A stretch of 64,000 nucleotides of DNA, from NCBI GenBank assembly GCA_052327205.1, contig CM126220.1, positions 29,698,001 through 29,762,000 of the forward strand, in the 5' to 3' direction. A model generated the notes under the pieces. It was not told the origin of the DNA, searched no databases, and worked only from the letters and a program-made list of their open reading frames with translations. The number at the start of each line of letters is the position of its first letter. Within the stretch, counting starts at the first letter, position 1. A program made the position numbers and the translations under genes. This document shows, in pieces, positions 51,520 through 62,166 of the stretch. The DNA is from Somniosus microcephalus (lineage: Eukaryota).

Positions 51520-52245
51520 GTTTGTGTCTGCACTAGCATGCCTGTCCATCTGCCTGTGTCTGTTGTTCTGTCTCTGTCTTGCAACATCCGTCTGTCTGTC
51601 TGTGTTTTTTATCTGTTTCTGTCTATCTGTGTCCACCTTATCCATCTATTTGTACCTGTGTGTATGTGTTTGTCTGTGTATCTGTGTCCTTCTGTTTGTA
51701 TCAGTCTGTCTTCATTTGTCTTTCTGCATGTGTCTGTTTGGGTCTGTCTGCATCTGTGTCCATCTGTGTCTGCGACTGTCTCTGTCCGTCTATTTGTGCC
51801 CATCTGTCTATGTTCAACTGTCCATCTTTCTTTGTTCATCTGTCTCTGCCCGTCTCTCTGTGTCCATCCGCCTTGGCCTGAATATATGTGTCTATCTGCC
51901 TATGATCGACTACCTGTATCTGACTGCCTGTATTTGTCTGGCTATTTGTGTCGCTCTATGTGTCTGTCTATCTTTGTTCGTCTAACTGTGTCTGTTTATT
52001 TATGTCCATTTATCTATGTCCATCTATCTGTGTCTATCTATCTGTCTGTCTTTGTTTGCCTATCTGCTCCTGTCTCTCTCTCTGTCTCTCTGTATCTGGC
52101 TATCTATCTGTCCATCTTTCTTTGCCTATATGTGCCTGTCTCTCTCCGTCTCTCTGTATCTGTCTAACTGTGTCTGTCTGTCTTTGTTTGCCTATGTGTG
52201 TCTGTCTCTCTGTATCTGTCTCTCTCTCTCTGTCTATCTGTCTAG
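51520..52245. repeat. Low-complexity TCTG/TGTC/TATC-rich tract
   Basis: Degenerate microsatellite-like composition, A-poor on the + strand. Confidence 0.85.
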
Positions 52246-52656
52246 CCCGGATTTTCCAATCGGTGTTATCTTAATGTCGGTGTTAACCTGTTAAAAATCT
52301 ACATCTCTGTCTGTATATTTGGTCATTTATGTCTGTTGGCACTCTGGTATATTTTATTTGACAGGCTGGTGGATGGAATGATTTTTTGAAAAGTTTGCTT
52401 CCATTAGAGCTGCTTGGTGTGTCCATCGGTTGTGTGTTGTGTGCCCTATTTGACATTCAGCAACGGGTGTAAAAAGCTTTGTGTGTTGTGCTGCTCACAG
52501 CAGGCATGTTTCTGGCATCACCTTCACTGCGCCACTTTCCTACTGCCGCGTGGGAAGGTTTATGTTATGTTACTGATTCCAGGCTAGGCTGATGCCAGCA
52601 CAGTCTGATGGTGACTCCTTCAAGGTGTTCCCAAATGTGACATCTCTCATTCAGGA

Positions 52657-52872
52657 ATAACAACAGAAAAAGCTGGAAAAACTCAGCAGGCCAGGCAACA
52701 TCCGAGGAGAGAGAAACAGAGTTAACGTTTCAGGTCGAAGACCCTTCTTCAGAAGAGTTTCAACCTGAAATGTTATCTCTGTTTCTCTCTCCACGGATGT
52801 TGCCTGGCCTGCTGAGTTTTTCCAGCTTTTTCTGTTGTTATTTCAGATTTCCAGCATCCGCAGTATTTTGCT
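52657..52872 (+). mobile_element. Palindromic Penelope-like non-autonomous insertion (copy 1)
   Basis: About 84-bp inverted arms plus a 3' extension, with 15-bp TSD ATCTCTCATTCAGGA (52642-52656 and 52873-52887). The minus strand has CTGAAGA-agggtcttcgacct-GAAACGTT. Confidence 0.85.
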
Positions 52873-53094
52873 ATCTCTCATTCAGGATTGGCTTCCTTGG
52901 TAAAAGAATTCAAACGTTTCCTGAGAGCAGGTAACTCTCTTATCTGTGGCAGGGAATAATTTGCGGCTTGGTGTTGAAAAAAAATCCGTAAAGATGTAAA
53001 TCCTTATCAGGCAGCTCTTGTCACATGTTCTATTTTGCTGCTTTGACAGCAAATGTGTGGGAACAAGGCGTGGAGTTTATTTCTTCCCCCCCCC

Positions 53095-53420
53095 CACCCC
53101 TCCGCCCCATCTCCTGAAGGTACTGACTGATCCTGAGAATGCCAAGTGGGCATTCTTCATGTGTGAGCCTAGGCAGTAAATGTCAGCAGGCTCTTTGACT
53201 GTGGAGACCATCACAGCCAGCTCAATCCTGTCCTCACCCAATCTCCACACAGAAATATTTTCCAGAGGACACTTTGGATCGCAACCGGGAATAGGAACCC
53301 CAGAAGCAATGGGAACATTTGTAGTGACCCCCTGCTGCTCACCTGGCTGAGATCACCGAACTCCGTGCAGACCAGGGAGCATCTGGGTCGGTGTGCTTCA
53401 ATACCATGCTGGGCAGTTCA
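53095..53420 (-). mobile_element. AmnSINE2-like SINE
   Basis: TCTCCTGAAGG..CTGACT..CCAAGTGGGCATTCTTCATGTGTGAGCCTAG..CCTGGCTGAGATCA..CAGACCAGGGA. Confidence 0.65.
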
Positions 53421-53973
53421 AATACAACGCAGCAATCAGGACATCTTTCACTTGCCTCCTTCTCCATTTTCTTTCATACTCTGTTTTTCCTGATTCTGAG
53501 TGTGCACCCTAGAACCTGATCAATGCTAGAATTCGGTACAAGAGTTACTTCTGTGGTGTGTAAGGCCCCCTGTTCCACTCCCCATTCTCCCACGAGTGTG
53601 CTCTTTACTTGCAAGGAACCACATAAGACATTGGATATCTCCTCTCACCTGGGAGTGTTAGTGGAGACTTGGAAATGTTTATGGAAATCAAAGCATCTCC
53701 TCAGCTGATAGCTCTGGTTACGAGTAAGGACCATTGTCTATTTAAAACCATCGATCCGAGGAGCTACACACTGATTCCAAATTGGGGTGACGGGGTAACG
53801 TGTGACCTAGTCCCAGGCCTTTGTTGAGTTGGGAGAGATCAGGAACCGAGTCCAACAGTTAGAAAAGAAGAGGGAGGAGAGAAAGCTCAGCATGCAGCCA
53901 AGTCCCTGACATCAGGGGGCAAACCAACCTTGAACCCATCCTACAGATCTGACAGTGGGGCAGGGTATTGGAG

Positions 53974-54216
53974 TAGGGTCACCAAAGCTCCAGGAGTATC
54001 CCGGAGTCTCCCAGAATTAAAAAATAATCTCCTGGACACTGCTACGAGCAGCCCAGGAGGAAAATCATAGGGGCATTAAAACTAATTGTGTCTTTATTAG
54101 TTATAAAAATATTGGAGATGGGGAAAAGAGGCTGTTTGACTGGGCGGGGCCGTTGAAGGCGTGAGGTCATGTGATGGAACCTCCAGGAATACCCCCAACC
54201 AGAGTTGGCAACCCTA
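53974..54216. mobile_element. hAT MITE (TAGGGTTGCCA family)
   Basis: TAGGGTCACCA...TTGGCAACCCTA with flanks ATTGGAG/ATTGGAA. It is an inverted relative of 60099-60422. Confidence 0.75.
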
Positions 54217-55887
54217 ATTGGAATGGGCATTGAGAGTCAAATAGTCATTTTAAAATGGGGTCGACAAAGAGAGAAACAAAGCCACTTGAGTTGTGTGATG
54301 ATTATAAACTTATAGAACTTGAAAATGCGTAGAGCAGCAAAGATCGTGCCTTTGTTGTGAGTGCTTTGTAGTGATTGCATTTCTAGAGAAAGAAATGGCT
54401 GTCGCAGTCTCTTAAACAGCTAAATTCCATCGGGCAAGTTGGTGATTTGAGGTATTGTGTGATTTGAAGGGGGGAAAGAAAGGACTTTTTTTTCCCCTTT
54501 TCCCGCCACAATTGACCCTGGGTTATATCTTCCCATTCAGCCTCAGCTTGCCTGAGATGGGAAAGGAAGGGTAGGGAGGGCAGGGCCTCTTTCAGAAGCA
54601 GCCAAGTAGAAAGACTAGTTTCTGTAGGCTGTTGGTATCCAATCAGCTCAGAATATGCAGCTGGAACAACCGGTTTATTTGTTAAAAGGAAAAAAAAACT
54701 CAAACCCAGATAAAACGAAAGGCCCAATTCTTGACTCTGATTGTTTAAGGACGTGGTGTATTTCCATTTTGTTGCCATTCAAGGCTATAGCTTGGAAAGT
54801 GAATGGATTGCACATATTCTGAGAGGGGGCAGAGAGAGAGAGAGAGAGAGAGACAGATCAGGGTCTCATGCTTGGCTAGCCATTGAGAGCGGTCGTCTTC
54901 ATACAGGGCTCATGCTGTGTTCGGTGGATGGAACTCGGGCAGTCGTGCAGCAGTTGCTCACAGTTTGTCAGCACGCTCCAGTAGGTGAAAGGGACAAGCC
55001 CGGAGGCTGCGGCAGATATTCAAACTCTGCCCTGTCACTTAAAATCTCCCAGTTGTGCTTAACTACAGTGTACATCTGATTCTCAGGAGCGACCCTCGGC
55101 AGATTGCAATTTCAAATAACTTTCCAGCACAGAAGGAAAGGAAACAACGACAAAAAAAACCCACGCATAATATCACGCAGTAAAACAGACCATGTCTCCC
55201 TGAAGTAAAGCCACTACTTGTGGTTTCTGTTGGAAGGATTCCTGGTTGTGTTTTAAATCCTTAGAGTTTGGTGCTTCTTTTAAAGTCCTTATGATACTGT
55301 ATGAAAGCAGTCAAGGCATATGTTAAAGTGAGAGGCAAACCCATCTTTGTTTTTTAGGAAGAAGATGAAGAGTGTGAGGTATTAAGTTTAGATGCACTCC
55401 TGGAGGCTGGCCAACAAAGGGACCAAATCTTACATGCTCAATTTCACTGATTGTAACTACCTGATAAGTGAAGATTCTAATGAAACGAATTGAAAAATAA
55501 AATTGAATAATGCATTGTTGCTCTGCTCTTGCTCAATTTAATTATTTTTATGTAGGGCGGGGATGGGAATTAGATTTCACACTTGACTGTTTTTGCAGCA
55601 CTGGAATATGTGCATCCAGCATTTAAAAGGCCCATTTCTTTCTCTTTGTTGTCTGTGACTCCCCCTCCCCCTTACTTTCCCTAGTTTGGAGAAGGAAAAG
55701 CGGAACACTTTCGCAATTTCAACTCATGCAGCCTAGATTTTTTTTGTGAAAATGATCTTTCCAGTTTGCTCCCTCCCCACCCCAACCCCCTCAACCCCCG
55801 AGATACTAACTCACCTTGTGGTGTGTTTCCACTGGCATTACCACCCTCCATTACTTCACGCAAGTGGCCAATCTAATTGAAGTCTAG

Positions 55888-56278
55888 ACAACAACAACTT
55901 GCATTTATATAGCACCTTTAATGCAGTAAAATTTCTGAAGGTGCTTCACAGGAGCGATTATCCTCCCAACTTTGACACCGAGCCACATAAGGAGATATTT
56001 GGACAGGTGACCAAAAGCTTGGTCAATGAGGTTGGTTTTAAGGAGCACTTTAAAAGAGGAAAGAGGGAGGCGGGGAGGTTTGGGGAGGGAAGTCCAGAGC
56101 TCAGGGTCTAGGCAGCTGAAGGCACGGCCGCCAATGGTGGAGCGATTAAAATCGGGGATGCGCAAGAGGCCAGAATTAAAGGAATGCAGAGATCTTCAGC
56201 GTGTAGGGCTGGAGGAGGTTACAGACTTAGGAAGGGGCGAGGCCATGGAGGGATTTGAAAACAAGGATGAGAATTTAA
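55888..56278 (-). mobile_element. L2-type LINE 3' end
   Basis: RSTIGGRAFS...FKVLLKTNLIDQAF, with the same tail as 17762-18725 and 24572-25225. Confidence 0.88.
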
Positions 56279-56520
56279 ACATTTTAAAGACAGTGAGTGT
56301 CAGCTGTGGACTCGGGGTCAGCCACGAGAGAGCTGCCCGGTTTGGAATTTTGAAAACACTTCCATAGCTGCTGGTATTTCAGACTTTTGCTTAAAAGTGC
56401 CCTGGTGAATCGACCTTTAAGATTCTAGTCCTCGCTTTCAAATTCTTCCATGGCATCACCTCGCCTCACTTCTGTGATCTTGTCCAGCCAGATATCCCAA
56501 CACCTGCCCTCTGCTCCGAC

Positions 56521-57049
56521 ATCTGAGGAAGGGTGTTCTTGCCATGGAGGGAGTGCAGCGAAGATTCACCAGACTGATACCTAGGATGGCAGGAATGACG
56601 TATGAGGAGGGATTGGGTCGATTGGGCTTATACTCGCAGGAATTTAGAAGAATGAGAGGGGATCTCATCAAAACTTATAAAATTCTAACAGGACTACACA
56701 GACTAGATGCAGGAAGGATGTTCCCGATGGTCGGGGAGTCCAGAACCAGGGGTCACAGTCTAAAGATAAGGGGTAAGCCATTTAGGACAAAGATGAGGAG
56801 GAATTTCTTCACCCAGAGAGTGGTGAACCTGTGGAATTCTCTACCACAGAAGGCAGTTGAGGCCAATTCATTAAATATATTCAAGAAGGAGTTAGATATA
56901 TTTCTTAAGGCTAAAGGGATCAAGGGATATGGGGAGAAGGCAGGGACGGGGTACTGAATTTGGATGATCAGCCATGATCTCATTGAATGGTGGAGCAGGC
57001 TTGAGGGGCCGAATGGCCTACTCCTGCTCCTGTCTTCTATGTTTCTATG
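56521..57049 (+). mobile_element. Young CR1 3' fragment
   Basis: Near-identical to 15336-15865, with a GACATC duplication at 56518-56523 and 57049-57054. Confidence 0.93.
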
Positions 57050-57499
57050 ACATCACCTTACTCTTTGTTCCTCGTTCCCTTCTTGCACCACTGGTGGGTA
57101 CTTGTTCAGTAATTTCCTTCTTCACCAGTGGCATATTTTCTGTTTTTGATAAATACCATAACTTAATTTGCATTGGAATAACCCAACTCCTTGGAAAATA
57201 CCACACATAGTATGTGGTCATTCTTTCTTTAGGCAAAAATAGCAACTGTGCGGCTCTTTTGGTCTTTCGTCTCTGCCCAAAGTGGGGAGTTTCCTGCCTT
57301 TAAAGAAATTTAACATGAAAGAAATATTTTGATTCTGCTCCTGGAGCTTGTGTACGTACTGTATGATGAGTACATGGCGACATTGCAATGGATATGCATG
57401 TGCAGTACGATTTATGTGTGCATATCATCATGTATATGCACGTACAGCATGATCTGTACATGTGCACATTGCTATGTATATATGCACACAGTACAATCT

Positions 57500-57830
57500 C
57501 TGTGTGCACAGTGCCGTGTATGTGTGCATACAGTATGATCATGTGTGTGTGCACAGTGTTGTGCATGTGTGCATACAGTATGATCATGTGTGTGTGCACA
57601 GTGTCATGTATGTGTGCATACAGTATGATCATGTGTGTGTGCACAGTGTTGTGCATGTGTGCATACAGTATGATCATGTGTGTGTGCACAGTGTCATGTA
57701 TGTGTGCATACAGTATGATCATGTGTGTGTGCACAGTGTTGTGCATGTGTGCATACAGTATGATCATGTGTGTGTGCACAGTGTTGTGCATGTGTGCATA
57801 CAGTATGATCATGTGTGTGCATAGTGTCAT
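57500..57830. repeat. 45-bp minisatellite, about 7 copies, alternating variants
   Basis: CAGTATGATC at 57531, 57576, 57621 and onward. Confidence 0.9.
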
Positions 57831-58295
57831 ATATGTGCATATAGGGAGCAATCCATGCCCATGCACAGCCCTGTGTATGTGTATATACAGAATGATCAAA
57901 TAAGATGGTTGTGTTGTGCGGACAGTAGGGTTCATGTATATGCAACCAAGCAGCAGCTGATAATTTTAGAATGGAGCTAGAGTTTAACTTGCTTGTTCCA
58001 ATTTTAAATCATTTTAAGAACAACTTCAGTTGTCCTTGTTTGTCACTTTCTTAGGAGTGCCTCAGTATTATTGACGAGAGTCTGTGTTCAGTGCCACTGA
58101 TGCCATCATGCTTTATGGTTGTACTTGCCAGTCTAGTCATTCAGTACGTCTGCTGATGTCCTTGTAGATGCACTGCAGATTTCTTGGTGCAGAATCTGAC
58201 GTGTTATTAGTAATGACGCTGCTTCTTTTTCTCAACTAAACTACTTTTCAATCGCAAATGTTGATAGGTTAAGAAAAAGGTTTCTGTGAGTGCGG

Positions 58296-58452
58296 GGGGT
58301 GAAGGGTACTTGGGGTGAGGGTACTGGGGTGAGGGTACTAGGGGTGAGGGTGCTAGGGGTGAGGGTGCTAGGGGTGAGGATACTAGGGGTGAGGATACTA
58401 GGGGTGAGGTTACTAGGGGTGAGGATACTAGGGGTGAGGTTACTAGGGGTGA
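58296..58452. repeat. 15-bp G-rich tandem repeat (GGGGTGAGG.TACTA)
   Basis: About 10 copies directly visible. Confidence 0.9.
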
Positions 58453-58719
58453 GCAGTGCCATAGCTCGCTCAGGTACATTCCCTGGAGTGAGGGAAACAT
58501 GGGCCTTAGTTTGGCTGTGTTGATGTAGGAGTTGAACTATGGAGGTGAGGGGTGGAGGAGGAAAGAAAATTTAAGGATGGGGTCAAATTGTGTTGCTTGT
58601 ACACAACCCCAAGAAGATCTTTACAGCTAGGGAGGGGAATAGTTGGACAATAGATAACGAAAGGTGGAGTGATGATTTAACCAGTGTGAGTATATCCTAT
58701 AAACTTGATATATTTTTAG

Positions 58720-59056
58720 ATTCAATCCTTGGGCTGTGTTGAGTTAATTGGTCTCACCAGGCACGTGGAGGTGCTGCAACTCGCCCCAGAACCCCTGGGC
58801 TAGGGGCAATGTCAACAAATAAGCCGATTGCTATTCAGTGACCTCCCTCTGGAAAGTGTATGGGTGTGGATGTTGGGTGAGGTCAAGATCAGGTTTGGCT
58901 ATGATGGCTCCTGGTGGTGGAATAGCTTGCTGACAGTCACTGTCCAGGCTCACACATAATGAACGGCTACTTGGGTGAGGTTCTACATGGTGGCTAATGC
59001 TCCTGGGACCTCACCCCAGGAAGATTCAGCAACATCAGGAGATGAGGGGAGGAAAT
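58720..59056 (+). mobile_element. AmnSINE2-like SINE
   Basis: CTGTGTTGAGTTA..CCCCTGGGCTAGGG..CTGGAAAGTG..GGGTGAGGTCAAGATC..GGCTCACACA..CACCCCAGG. Confidence 0.65.
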
Positions 59057-60098
59057 GGGTGGAAGAGAGACTTGATACATTCACGTTGTAGCTGTTAAAG
59101 GCTGTGGTGGCTCACGATTTAATTGCGAGTGGCCTTGTAATGGGATGCGCTGCTTGTTTTGGGGCGGGAAGGGGGGGTGGGGTGATGGAGGAGTATAGCT
59201 CTGATGACACGTCTGACCGCCCTCTTTATTTTTTTTAGATGCCGTTCTCCACGAGGACAGCTGACACAATGTTGCGATAAAGCAAACGTGTTACTTGTAG
59301 TCTGTAGCTGGGCAGTTGGCGTGCGCATGGGCTGAAAAAAAACGTAAAGCTGTTCGAGGTGTTCAGCGTGACATCGGCGCGCGAGCGCGCGAAAAAAGCA
59401 CGGTGCGTATTTCTAAACAGGATGTGTTGTGCTGATATCAGTCGAGCTGAATGTTGATTAGTCATTTCATTGTGCAGCAGATCACTAAAAGTATCAAGTT
59501 GATCAAGCAATAGAAATACCATACAGTGCAACTCAGAGATACACGCACTTTGTTGGAACAGCCACCATTTTGGGTAACAGGACTCTGTTTTCCCGCTCCT
59601 CGTAAATGTTTACATTAACCTACAATAATGTACTATCTCCTAGGACAGGAGGATAAGTTTTTGTCAGGGGTCACAATCCTGATCTACGTCTTGCTTAGGA
59701 CCCAATCTCAAGAATGCTCCAAACGCTTCACAATTTTGTGATAGGACATAGGTCTTAGTCTGTCAACCCCTCACGCGGTAGTTCCTAATCTCAGTCATGG
59801 CACTGGAGACAGTTGGCAAGTGGAGGCCAGGCACTCCTTTCCCACCCACCCCCTCTGCCCCCCAAATTAGGATAAAACTGCCACACCAATACCTCTGTAG
59901 TTCTATTTTAATAGGGTACTTTCACTTTCTGCATGGAAGCTGGGATGACCCTACCTCCTAATAACATTCCCTTACTTTGCTTTGCCGGAGAACAAGAATG
60001 GGGCATTGCACCGAAGCCCAGCTTGCAGTTGGGTAGGTTGCGAATGCAGATCCAAATGCCCATGGAGCATTGAACCAGCCGAGGGCCACAGATGAAGG

Positions 60099-60422
60099 TA
60101 GGGTTGCCAACTCTGATTGGATGTGTTCCACGAGGTTTCATCATATGACCTCCTGCCTCCAACTGTCCTGCCCCCATGCTCCCAACCATTGGTTACCCGA
60201 CATGTCCATTCACACCACGCCCCGCCTTCCCACGCCAACTGTGAAGCAAACAGACTCTTTGTTACCTGATCGGATGATTCTTGACCATCAGTCAAACAAC
60301 CTTTTAACCCGTCTCAGATTTTTTTTACGCCTCTTTGTTCTGGTTTGCTCGCAGCCAGTGTCCAGGAGATTACTCTTGAATTCCTGGAGACTCCAAGACA
60401 ATCCAGGAGGGTTGGCAACCTA
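60099..60422. mobile_element. hAT MITE (TAGGGTTGCCA family)
   Basis: TIRs TAGGGTTGCCAAC / GTTGGCAACCTA with a perfect 8-bp TSD GATGAAGG. Confidence 0.9.
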
Positions 60423-61714
60423 GATGAAGGGGCAGTGGCCTGCATATGGTTCTCGTGTCATGTTAGGAGCTCCACTGTCCTATTGTTTGCTGTGGTGCAC
60501 TGCATGTTGTTATTTTGATACATTTCTACATTTACTGAATCTGAAAGTATGTTGTCTCGCGAAAGTAGAGCTTAAAAAAATATATAGGTTGCCACCATTA
60601 AAGTGCTCCATTGGGGTGATTCCGCAACCCTATTCTCGCAGGGAGCGTGGGGTCAGTGATAGAGCTACAACTCTGTAACTCTGATTCTTCAAGCCACATT
60701 CCCTCTGAGCGCAACTTGATGTTTGACGTTGGGAGTGTGGGATCGCAGAATCACCCTTTGCATACTGTCCCTTCAGAGTTACAGGTGCGTTAGTGTAACG
60801 GACACCCTTGTAGTCCCAAGATGTTCTGACACTTGAGGTTCTGCTGTCATCAAACAGTCAGGTACAGAAATGAATGGGAGACGGGAACTCCTTTTGTCAG
60901 TCAGTGATCGCTATTCCTATTACTACACACCTCCTCAAGTTCGTGAGTTGATCTATTAGGAGAGCAGTGGGTCAGAGCTGAGTCCTGTCGTTACCTGTCT
61001 AACACATAATCTCACGAGTGGCTTATGGTGCTAAATATAAAGCCTCAAAGCTATTTTGGTATTTTATTCCTTGTTTTGCATCTCCTGGACCCCAGTTTGG
61101 TTGGGCAGGTTGACATCTTTTTAAAGAAATTAACTGTGGGAATCCCCTTACCATCTGAAACCTCTGCACATGGTAGTGCTGGGGGCAGAGAGTGGGATTA
61201 TATTCTTTGACAGAAAAATTGCACTTTTCCGGTTGTTTCAAGATAGTGCAAAGATGAAAGATGTGGTTGATTAAAGGAGGTGGTATCTCTTTCTTCTGGC
61301 CTTAAATAGACTAGAGAATAATTTGTGTCAATTTTGTCTCATCATTTCCAGTTAAAAAAAACTTTGCTGAGGCTCCGTGTAAAATTGGGCTTATCTCACA
61401 ATGAGTAATGTTAGTGGTGTTCGAAATAAAGCCGGCGATGAGCCTTATCATTTCACCTGGAGGGCTGCACCTTATTTTATTCCAAATAAGCACTGACTGG
61501 TGGAGGGTAGTCTTCCACAGGCAGTGGTAGGCCCTGGCTACTTTGCTCAAGTGCCATTTTTCATGTGTGCGTGCAGCGAGTGTCGATAGACAATTCCAGC
61601 ATGAGATGTCCCGACCAAACCCAACCCTGCCAGCGGCTGACATGCACACACGATCAGGAGTGGGGAACTCTGGCAGATTATTACCCTGCTTAGCTCAGGC
61701 GTGCTTATATAAAC

Positions 61715-61860
61715 TAGACACAAAAGGCATCAAGGGGTATGGGGAGAGAGTGGGAATATGGTATTGAGATCGAGTATCAGCCATGATCATATTGAATGGC
61801 GGAGCGGGCTCGAAGGGCCGAATGGCCGACTCCTGCTCCTATTTTCCTATGTTTCTATGT
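61715..61860 (+). mobile_element. CR1 3' tail fragment
   Basis: KGIKGYGERVGIWY-stop, then the CR1 3' UTR and TTTCTATGT tail. Confidence 0.85.
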
Positions 61861-61979
61861 AGCCGCTCCATTGCTGCACCAACTGATATTCACAAACTCA
61901 GCAAAGAGTTCTGCACATAACAACAGAAAATGCTGGAAAAACTCAGCAGGCCAGGCAACATCCGTGGAGAGAGAAATAG

Positions 61980-62015
61980 AGTCAACGTTTCAGGTCGAAA
62001 CCCTTCGTCAGGACT
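61980..62015 (-). ncRNA. Minimal type-I hammerhead ribozyme motif
   Basis: AGUC-CUGACGA-AGGGU UUCG ACCU-GAAA-CGU-U-GACU: stem I AGUC/GACU, stem II hairpin, and palindromic ACGU stem III. Confidence 0.75.
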
Positions 62016-62130
62016 GGACGTTCTTGAAGAAGTTCTGCTCTTCGACGGGATCTCCGTTTGGCTCTTCAACCTTGTTCATCTTCATTGCTTTCAGTTTCCC
62101 TTCTCGTGTTTGATCAGGTATCTGTCAAGC

Positions 62131-62166
62131 AGTCCTGATGAAGGGTTTCGACCTGAAATGTTGACT
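62131..62166 (+). ncRNA. Minimal type-I hammerhead ribozyme motif (CpG-decayed stem III)
   Basis: AGUC-CUGAUGA-AGGGU UUCG ACCU-GAAA-UGU-U-GACU. Confidence 0.65.

Noticed and set aside
53907-53923. CTCF-like motif TGACATCAGGGGGCAAA
   Set aside because: A partial match to consensus only; a single such motif is expected by chance.
40120-58523. Repetitive ORFs at 40120, 49402, 50800, 51433, 57300 and 58207
   Set aside because: They are translations of minisatellites or low-complexity DNA.
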